Assembly (NCBI RefSeq): GCF_001194135.2
Contig: NC_068990.1
Coordinates: 93,066,958 to 93,130,957 of the forward strand
Direction of reading: 5' to 3'
DNA: 64,000 nucleotides
From: Octopus bimaculoides
Taxonomy: Eukaryota
Shown here piece by piece: positions 28,313 to 38,064 of this stretch. How positions within the stretch are numbered: position 1 is the first letter of the stretch; every line of letters begins with the position of its first letter. The notes beneath the pieces are model-generated. The model did not search any database. It was not told the origin of the DNA and saw nothing but the letters and a program-made list of their open reading frames with translations. The position numbers and the translations under genes were made by a program.

Positions 28313-28435
28313 TTGTTCTGTGTTCAAATCTTTCTCTGGTTTAGTTGGACTTTACAAAAAAAAACCAAAAGATGAAGATGGGCGTGTAAACAACAAACAG
28401 ATACATTAGTTTAACGCTCGGGAAGGTGAGAAAGT

Positions 28436-28471
28436 CTTTTACGTTTCGAGCCTACGCTCCTCAGCAGAAAG
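28436..28471 (-). ncRNA. Degenerate minimal hammerhead-like motif in a Penelope-like pLTR-type repeat
   Basis: Minus strand reads CUUU-CUGCUGA-G-GAGC(GUAG)GCUC-GAAAC-GUA-AAAG, with one core mismatch (A6 to C). A more decayed copy of the same repeat is at 49603-49638 (+). Confidence 0.5.
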
Positions 28472-29759
28472 GAACACCAGGAAATAAACAGAGAGAGAAT
28501 AAAAAACAGGTTTAGTGGTTAGCGATCAATCATTTCTTTGGTTTACTTGAATTATAGACTTAACCCATCACCCAGTTTCATACCAACCACCATCACCTGA
28601 CACCCTGGGTGCTTTTAGTGGGGTCTACTCTGTGGCAAGCATTTGGACTAGGTTTGAAAGTAAAATTCCTGGCTGTGACTTTGAACTTTCATACAAATTC
28701 CTATAAACCCTTCCAGAAACTAAATGAGAGGCTGACATATATTGACACAACTTCCTGCCATCAGCCATTGTGGTTAAAAATCCTAGTGAAGGGTGTTAGT
28801 AGAAGGTTCCCTAACTTATCTCCAAGAATGGTGGGGGGTTTTTTATGCTTGTAGCTCTGATTTTTAACAAGACCCTGGTTGCTAACAAAATCCTCATCGA
28901 GTGAGGATCACTGGAAAAGTGTACACTTTACCTCAACAGGAGCTAAGTGTTGGTAAAGCCTTCTTTCCTTCCAAGTGTCACAGCTCAGGTGTTGCACTAG
29001 ACTTGAGATGGAAGGCCTGACAAGGTCTTGTGGTCATATATGCACTGATACAATCAATGGAAACATAGAATGTGCCACCAAATCCCTTTCATTTCCAAGA
29101 GATGACTGTTGTCGGGTGAGGAGGATAATAGCCAAGAGAGATGCAAGAAGGTGAGAGGGAATGAAGAGAAAGAGANNNNNNNNNNNNNNNNNNNNNNNNN
29201 NNNNNNNNNNNNNNNNNNNNNNNNNNNNNNNNNNNNNNNNNNNNNNNNNNNGGGTGGGGGTCAGAAATGAAGTGGGGTTTGAGTGGAGGGAGAGGAAGCT
29301 GAGAATTATAGAAGGGGAAAGTAGAAAGTATTGATGCCTCAAACAAAGCAGAAATAAACTAATTAGGCCCCAGTTAGGTAGTAACAGAAACAGTTAATTA
29401 CATCTAATGAGTTATCTGGTACTCTTCTATCTCACAGATCCTTATAGCAGTCTGTGAATCATGTCATTCTAGAGATCCATGAAGGAAGCCAAATGTATCA
29501 ACAGGAATTAATTAAAATCCTGTGGAGGACAACTTGGCTCTTCCTATTCTTGGCAACGATAAAACATCGTACCAGTCAAGAACATTGATTTCAAAGTGAT
29601 TTAAATTAAAACTTACCATCAAAATTTCATGTTATGTTCCAATTACAAATCTAATAATGATGAAATTATTTTATTAAATTCGTCATTATTTTCAATATTT
29701 ATTGAAACAAACACAGCCTAGATTAATAGAAATATGGTACCAAAAAGGTTAATTAGATA

Positions 29760-29955
29760 TGCTAGAGAATAATAGAACCATGTAGAGCTATGAAGACAAA
29801 ATCCTATAGAATGAATTACTGTGTCATTTAGACATGGTAAAGAATGGTTGAATGTGGTAGAACTGTGAAGACAGAACTCCATGAATCAATTACTAAATTG
29901 TTTAGGCATGACAGAGAATGGTTAAAATCAGGTGGAATTATGAAGACAGAACTCT
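29760..29955. repeat. Decayed 75-bp tandem repeat, about 2.5 copies
   Basis: TGAAGACA recurs at 29791, 29866 and 29941 (exact 75-bp period) with similar flanks. Confidence 0.75.
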
Positions 29956-30331
29956 AACCACAGAGGGGTTCTTAACACTTAATAACTTTAATTAATACTT
30001 TAATATCTAATTGGTTACAGAGAATCTTGCTTTGTTCTGTTGGGGAAAATAGATAAAAGTTGGTTTAAAATGTTAAAGAAATGGTTGAGTGAACAGTGAA
30101 TAGGTGGCGACAAGCATTTACGGTGCCTGAAACAATAAGTTTGGTGAAGAGAGATGTTAAGTAAGATCTAAAGGAGTATAAAAGAAAATATCTGAAGTAA
30201 ATCTTAAGAGAAGTATTAATACTTGAGACAATGAGGTTTAACATTATTTGATGATATCAGTGTTATGTTGGAGCTCCTCACATCTCTTAACGCTCTATTG
30301 TAATACAACAACAACAACAATAATAATAATA

Positions 30332-30560
30332 AAGGAATTTGACAAACTCAGTAAATATAAGGATCTGGAAATTGAAATACTAAAGATGTGGCATCTTAAA
30401 GCAAAAACTGTTCCTGTTATTGTAGGTGCCTTAGGTATGATAAAAAAAGGTATGTTAGAAGCATCTAGCTAACATCCCAGGAGAACCATGTTTCAAAGAA
30501 ACCCAAAAGATTGTGCTGACAAGTGCTGCCCACATCCTTAGAAAAGCTCTATCAGTTTAA
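30332..30560 (+). mobile_element. C-terminal restriction-like endonuclease fragment of an R4/Dong-like LINE
   Basis: KEFDKLSKYKDLEIEILKMWHLKAKTVPVIVGALGMIKKG, and after a frameshift IPGEPCFKETQKIVLTSAAHILRKALSV*. This is a typical REL-clade C-terminus, preceded by a (CAA/TAA)n tract. Confidence 0.85.
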
Positions 30561-31786
30561 ATGTCTGTGTTGTATTACATGGAAATATTTCACTACTGCC
30601 CCTCCCACTTCCCCTCCTCTCCCCAAGTTTTCAGTCATACTGTAACATCTCCTGTCCTTCACTCGCCCCAGGACACTCATGAGTTGATGCCATGAAGTAT
30701 GGAGTGGCCCAGCAAGTTGGCTTTTGACTGTCAGTCTCTGCTCAGAAATCAGCCGTTTGCTTTTGCTGGCCATCACTGACCTTCAACTTCCTCAAAGACA
30801 GCAGCTCAACTGTTGAATTAATCACAGACACGCACCAAAGAAGCAAAAACCTATAAACATACATTAAGGATTCATGAAAGGAACTGCTAATGGCTTGTTC
30901 CAGCAATAATTGGAGCAAAGGATTAATGGAAACTTATGAAGCTTCACCGGGAAGTCTTCGATACGTAAATGTCGGATTTAGGAAAAGAGGCTGGAGTTTA
31001 ATGGCAGAAGCTTGTTGGATTGAAAGCTGCAGACAATCGGATGGAATAACGTTGAAAGGAGTGCATTGGTTAAATTAGTCCATCACTGTGTACTTCACAC
31101 ACACACACGTATGCATATGCATATACATGCATACATACACACAAACACACTAATGCACACACTCACACACACACACACATTCACACACATGCACACACAC
31201 ACACACTCATATACATACATGCTCTTTTTCTCTTTCTCTTTGTCTCACTTTCTTTCTCTCTCCCTTTTTCTTTCTCTTTCACTCTCTCTCTCTCTCCCTC
31301 TCTCTTTGTCTCTTTCTCTTCGTCTCTCTCTCCCTCTCTCCCAGTCTCTCCCTCTTTCTTTCCCTCTCTCACTCTCTGGTCTACATTGACAAATTCCTGA
31401 TAAATTCGCAGAGTGTCTTCTTCAAAAGCCGTCCTCTTAAATTATTCACAAATCTCCATAAACAGCCGAACTGAAGTATTTCGACTTTGAGAATTCCAGC
31501 CAGAGAATGGTAAGTCCAGCATTAGCAGACATTCGACCCTTGCTTGGCACCGAATAATTACTTAACATTTTAAGTGAAAGGGAAAATTGTTTTGAAAGGT
31601 GTTTCCCCAGATCCTCTTCAATCTCCTTTATGCAATCCCTATGTGTGTGTATGTGCGTGTGTGTGTTTGTGTATGTATCTATTTATATCTCATCATCATT
31701 ATCATCATCATTTAATGTCCATTTTCCATGCTGGCATGGGTTGGATGGTTTGACAGGAGCTGGTAAGGCCGGGAACCAGGGCCAGA

Positions 31787-31993
31787 ATCTGATGAAGAAA
31801 AGAAGGTTGTGGAAGCTCAAGGATCCTTCAAATGGGCTGAGATTTAGAGATGTTCTTAATGAAATCTTTGATGAAAAGGCGGAAGAGATAGAAACTTTCA
31901 ATGGAGAGGACAACTGGAAGTTCTTGCGGGACGTTCTGAAGGCAACAGACCAAATCTGTGGCCGGAGCAAAGCTTCTGACAGACCAAGGGTGA
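31787..31993 (+). mobile_element. RTE-like LINE fragment (endonuclease-to-RT linker)
   Basis: KRRLWKLKDPSNGLRFRDVLNEIF...EDNWKFLRDVLKATDQICGRSKASDRPRV resembles the WKLK...W..L+..L..A...CG.SK linker that precedes WWN in RTE ORFs. Confidence 0.65.
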
Positions 31994-32092
31994 TATATAC
32001 ATGCATATATATATATATGTATATATATATATAGTTAATAAAAAACATATATTAGAAAGAAGCACTCTCTAAAAAATAGAGCAGTAACTATT

Positions 32093-32223
32093 ACATCAAA
32101 ATTTTGTATAGAGTTGCCCAAGGTTCCCACCCATAAAGCAAAGCCTTGTGGACAGCTCCTCACCCACAAGGCTTTGCTTTATGGGTGCAAAACTTTGGGT
32201 AACCGTATATAAAATTTTGTTGT
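32093..32223. repeat. 131-bp fold-back with a perfect 24-bp core stem
   Basis: 32128-32151 is the exact reverse complement of 32164-32187. Loop is 12 nt, and about 35 bp of imperfect basal stem extends it. Confidence 0.85.
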
Positions 32224-33551
32224 CATATATATATATATATATATCCACACATGTATACATACATACAAAAATACATACTTACATACAAACATGCATATAT
32301 TTATATATATATATGTATGTATGTATGTATGTACACGCATGAATACAAACGTACATATATACATGCATACATGCACGCATACAACCAGACTTCCTTAAAC
32401 ATATACATATGACCACATGTGTATATAGCCATACTAAGATACACCACTTCACATGATTCTGTGAGAGATAAGATAAATCACAAGTAAGACCAGCTTTTGA
32501 GATGCGATGAATCACAACAAACACTAGCTTCAAAGCTATGATATATCACAATTAAGGTTAACCTCTGTGATATGTTATGTCAGAAGAGAGACCAGCTTCA
32601 TGGTCCACTCGGAAACTAACACATGCTTACCTTGTGTGTGTCTGTGTGTGTGGTGTCGATAGTGATGGTGGTGGAGGAGGTAGTGAGTTTGATGTGAATG
32701 CTCTCCTCGTAGCTTGAGGCTTCACTCTCTTTACATGAGTACACGAGTGAGTTTAGTGTAAACATCTTCGCTATAGATTGAAACCTTGTTCACTCTCTCC
32801 CTGATTACTTACATCAGTGTAGGAATGGCTTTAGTGCAGTTGCACCTAATGCAGACTGAAGTCCTCCTCACCACATCCCCTTCTCTCTGTCTCTGTATAC
32901 TCACCTCTGTACGTGAGTGAGTTCGGTGTGAATCTCCTCTCTACAGATTGAAGTCTCACTCACTCTCTCTCTCTCTCTCTCTCTCTGCACTCATCTCGGT
33001 ACATAAACGAGGGGAGTTGAGTGTGAATGTTCTCTCAGCACACTTAGTCGACTTCTTTTCATTTCCATTTACAACAAGATGCTCTGTGCACGCTTTATTC
33101 AACTGCTGCTGCTGTTGTTGTTGTTGTTACAGGTTTAAGTAAACAACAACAACAACCACAGCAGCAGCAGCAGCCAGTGTAAAATAAGCATGTCTCCTCT
33201 GTTGAAACATGTAACATGTGTTGATAACTTAAGATGTCAGTCTTCACTTACAATTCTTACATTGTACTTGGTAATATGGCACTGTGATGTTGTTGCTGTT
33301 GTTGTTGTTGTTGGCAGTGGTGGTGGTGGGCGTCGGTGGTAATGAGGGTGATGGTGGTGGTGGTGGTGGTGTTTATGTTTTCGTTTCTTATTAAATGCTA
33401 AGATGAGCCTCCCCAAGAAAGACATCAATGAAAGCATGTGTTTGAGTGCATTTGTGTATGTATATATATGTATATGTATATAAATTTTTGTTTCAGAATG
33501 AGATAAAAAAACCCAAGGCTGTGTAGATTTTAGAACATTTATTAATAGAAG

Positions 33552-33599
33552 GTCTTACGGCTGTTTCCAGGATATTTATTATATCCCTTCATCAGAGAC
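33552..33599 (-). ncRNA. Minimal type-I hammerhead motif, same family as 53975-54030
   Basis: Minus strand reads GUCU-CUGAUGA-AGGGAUAU(AAUAA)AUAUCCUG-GAAAC-AGCC-GUA-AGAC, with AATAAA just downstream. The palindromic loop carries one change (AGCU to AGCC). Confidence 0.7.
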
Positions 33600-33604
33600 G
33601 GTGA

Positions 33605-34444
33605 NNNNNNNNNNNNNNNNNNNNNNNNNNNNNNNNNNNNNNNNNNNNNNNNNNNNNNNNNNNNNNNNNNNNNNNNNNNNNNNNNNNNNNNNNNNNNNNN
33701 NNNNNNNNNNNNNNNNNNNNNNNNNNNNNNNNNNNNNNNNNNNNNNNNNNNNNNNNNNNNNNNNNNNNNNNNNNNNNNNNNNNNNNNNNNNNNNNNNNNN
33801 NNNNNNNNNNNNNNNNNNNNNNNNNNNNNNNNNNNNNNNNNNNNNNNNNNNNNNNNNNNNNNNNNNNNNNNNNNNNNNNNNNNNNNNNNNNNNNNNNNNN
33901 NNNNNNNNNNNNNNNNNNNNNNNNNNNNNNNNNNNNNNNNNNNNNNNNNNNNNNNNNNNNNNNNNNNNNNNNNNNNNNNNNNNNNNNNNNNNNNNNNNNN
34001 NNNNNNNNNNNNNNNNNNNNNNNNNNNNNNNNNNNNNNNNNNNNNNNNNNNNNNNNNNNNNNNNNNNNNNNNNNNNNNNNNNNNNNNNNNNNNNNNNNNN
34101 NNNNNNNNNNNNNNNNNNNNNNNNNNNNNNNNNNNNNNNNNNNNNNNNNNNNNNNNNNNNNNNNNNNNNNNNNNNNNNNNNNNNNNNNNNNNNNNNNNNN
34201 NNNNNNNNNNNNNNNNNNNNNNNNNNNNNNNNNNNNNNNNNNNNNNNNNNNNNNNNNNNNNNNNNNNNNNNNNNNNNNNNNNNNNNNNNNNNNNNNNNNN
34301 NNNNNNNNNNNNNNNNNNNNNNNNNNNNNNNNNNNNNNNNNNNNNNNNNNNNNNNNNNNNNNNNNNNNNNNNNNNNNNNNNNNNNNNNNNNNNNNNNNNN
34401 NNNNNNNNNNNNNNNNNNNNNNNNNNNNNNNNNNNNNNNNNNNN
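33605..34444. other. Assembly gap (largest of 11 N-runs; other large ones at 18758-19160, 25686-26507, 35437-36113)
   Basis: Runs of N, mostly adjacent to microsatellites. Confidence 1.
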
Positions 34445-34558
34445 ATATATATATATATAGATATAGATATATATATGTATATGTATATAAATTTTTGTTT
34501 CAGAATGAGATAAAAAAACCCAAGGCTGTGTAGATTTTAGAACATTTATTAATAGAAG

Positions 34559-34606
34559 GTCTTACGGCTGTTTCCAGGATATTTATTATATCCCTTCATC
34601 AGAGAC
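34559..34606 (-). ncRNA. Second, identical copy of the 33552-33599 hammerhead motif on the far side of an N-gap
   Basis: Identical sequence inside a 144-bp exact duplication (33461-33604 = 34468-34611). It may be an assembly duplicate. Confidence 0.55.
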
Positions 34607-35146
34607 GGTGAAGGGATATAATAAAGAGCTGACTTTTGCCAGTACTCTGCTTTCATTTTTAGTGACCAGCTGCCTACACAGTCATAGATCCCTGTTTCGC
34701 AGTCTGGCTCCAAATGAATTTACTGACCACTCCACTCTCAGAAGTTCTGAGAAATGTCGTGGTTGTAAATTGTGATTTTGCAATCATCTGGGCAACTGAC
34801 TGCTTTATTGAAGTATCATTGGTGACTCTCGTAAGTGGTATCTTGACCCAGTAAAACACGCAGGATGTGACATCTGCAGTGGGAGACGGAGACACCAGCA
34901 CTTGGCTTTTAAACTGAGTGGACAGGAGCTACAGAATATGAAGCCCCTTGCTCAAGACACAAGGCACTACCTGCTGAAGGAGTTGAACCTATGACAATAT
35001 GATAGTGAGTTAAGCATCCTAATCATTAGACCATCTACCTGTGCCATGATTAGTTTAAAATCCTAAGTAAAGAGAACATCTAAAGACAACTTTAATAAAA
35101 AAAAACCGAAAATGCTTTAGAACCAGATGGCATATCCAAGGAGTGT

Positions 35147-35198
<52 letters not shown>

Positions 35199-36113
35199 CT
35201 GCTAGAAGTAGCAACCGAATCTTGCTTAGATAACAGCCTACTTTTCTAACAATAGAAGGACGCTTTGTGGTGTGTAGTCCTTGATACACAATGTTCGAAT
35301 GTGAAATGAGATTCTCATCTGATGACAGGTCTGCTTGATTGTGGCTAGCCTGAGGCTAAAAGACAACAGCGAGAACTCTTTTAGGGACATAATTAATTCC
35401 ATTCAAGAAAATACATTTTGTGTTGTTGTAAAGAATNNNNNNNNNNNNNNNNNNNNNNNNNNNNNNNNNNNNNNNNNNNNNNNNNNNNNNNNNNNNNNNN
35501 NNNNNNNNNNNNNNNNNNNNNNNNNNNNNNNNNNNNNNNNNNNNNNNNNNNNNNNNNNNNNNNNNNNNNNNNNNNNNNNNNNNNNNNNNNNNNNNNNNNN
35601 NNNNNNNNNNNNNNNNNNNNNNNNNNNNNNNNNNNNNNNNNNNNNNNNNNNNNNNNNNNNNNNNNNNNNNNNNNNNNNNNNNNNNNNNNNNNNNNNNNNN
35701 NNNNNNNNNNNNNNNNNNNNNNNNNNNNNNNNNNNNNNNNNNNNNNNNNNNNNNNNNNNNNNNNNNNNNNNNNNNNNNNNNNNNNNNNNNNNNNNNNNNN
35801 NNNNNNNNNNNNNNNNNNNNNNNNNNNNNNNNNNNNNNNNNNNNNNNNNNNNNNNNNNNNNNNNNNNNNNNNNNNNNNNNNNNNNNNNNNNNNNNNNNNN
35901 NNNNNNNNNNNNNNNNNNNNNNNNNNNNNNNNNNNNNNNNNNNNNNNNNNNNNNNNNNNNNNNNNNNNNNNNNNNNNNNNNNNNNNNNNNNNNNNNNNNN
36001 NNNNNNNNNNNNNNNNNNNNNNNNNNNNNNNNNNNNNNNNNNNNNNNNNNNNNNNNNNNNNNNNNNNNNNNNNNNNNNNNNNNNNNNNNNNNNNNNNNNN
36101 NNNNNNNNNNNNN

Positions 36114-36159
<46 letters not shown>

Positions 36160-38008
36160 AGAAAGAAAGAAAGAGAGAGAGGAGAGAGAGATACATACAT
36201 ATACACATGCATTTACATATTTGCACATATACATGCATATATACGTATATCATCACGTGATCACATGACGACCAGACTATCAGATGTTGTTACACACCAC
36301 TGGTCACAGTGTGCTTTGGCCTCATCTTAGCCTTTGAATGACCCCACTCCACTGGCTGCATAAGCTGGCCAACATTCCCCCTGATTCAAAGGGAAAACTG
36401 GAGCCACAGGAAATGAAGTGTTTAGCTCAAGAACACAATGTGTTGCCCAGTCTGGGAATTGAACCCATGACCTAAGAATTGTGAGTGCAACTTACCTAAC
36501 CACTGGGCCACACGCCCTCACATACATTCTCTTGTACTTTTTTACATGTTTCAGTCATTTGACTGCGGCCATGCTGGTGCACTGCCTTTAGTCAAAGAAA
36601 TCGACCCCAGGACTTATTCTTTGTAAGCCTAGTACTTATTCTATCGGTCTCTTTTGCTGGACCACTAGGGTGCAATGCTTTGCGGTATTTCGTCTGTCTT
36701 TACGTTCTGAGTTCAAATTCTGCTGAGGTCAATAAAATAAGCAGCAGTTGAATAGTGGCGGGGGGGAGGTGTTGATGTAATCGGCCCATCCCCTTACCCC
36801 TGACCTTGGGCCAAAATATGAAATCAGTATCTAATCACCTATTAGATTACACACCAAAGTGCTTGCAGTGTGATTGAACTCAAACCATTTGGGTTTGTAG
36901 CTGTGAACTGTATCCGCTCGACCAACCTCTTACTGTCTGTTCATCCATAAAAGCAAGATCCAATTTTCACAATGACAGTGACTCGGTGACGTTTCCGTTA
37001 GTATGAAGAAAATTTAATAAAATATTTGATCATTGTGGGACATGATTGGATTTAAGAATTGAAAATGATGTGGAATGAAGAGATGGAAGTGTCTGGGAGT
37101 GGGTGGATGGAGGGGTGGAAGGTCAGTGGGAGGCAATCAGCCAGAATTGCAGCTTCCAATACAGTCAATATGATAGCAATATTGCTGACACGTAGGTATC
37201 TGGCATCAATGGCTAATTCCAGCAGATGGACCGAATAAAGTTGCTTTTCTATAACAAGACACAAAACAAGACATGATGCTTCAATATGGCGTCCGTCCAA
37301 TTTTTAGAAAAATACGGCCACTGCGGTAGATGGTATTGATTGGTTTCTAGACGTCTTTTCTTTTATTGATTTCCAATATATATTGTGTGTATGATTCTGC
37401 GTGTGTCTGTGTGTCTGTGTGGATGATAGTGTGTGAGAGAGGGGGGTGGGGAAGAGCTGCAAGAGGGAAAGGGTGAGTCTAATTCAGCTTTTTAAGTAGA
37501 CAGCGTTTTAGGTGGAACAATGGAATCTTCTGATGCTACAAATATTAACGAATTCAGAATGGTTATCAAGTCATCAGAACTCCCTTCAACTCCCTCCCCG
37601 CAACCTCTCCAAAACACTTCTTGACTCATCTAAACTCCTTAATATACACAAGAATATTCCAGAATCCCAGAACATCCTACAACCAAAAACATAAATTCTG
37701 ACTTTAAAGTACGACCATGCTGCAGCACTGTGATAATATATACAGTACAGCCACACATATACATCTTCTTACACACACACAGGCAAACAAGCACACACAT
37801 ACATATCATCACATATGCACAGATACAAACATATATACATAGTCACTTACACGCACACACACACACACACACACACCACACATCACACATACACACACAC
37901 ACACACGGATATATAAGTGTGTGTGTGTGTATACGCGTGTGTCTATGTGTCTGTATATATGTACCTATATATGTATATACACAAACACACACTCACAGAT
38001 ATATATAT

Positions 38009-38064
<56 letters not shown>

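Noticed and set aside
31385-31500. Minus-strand LFMEICE*FKRTAFEEDTLRIYQEFV resembling an RGS domain; plus-strand 44-nt exon-like 31466-31509 (ELKYFDFENSSQRM)
   Set aside because: The RGS-like frame has an in-frame stop and only a short weak match. The plus-strand candidate has only splice-like signals, which occur often by chance in 64 kb.
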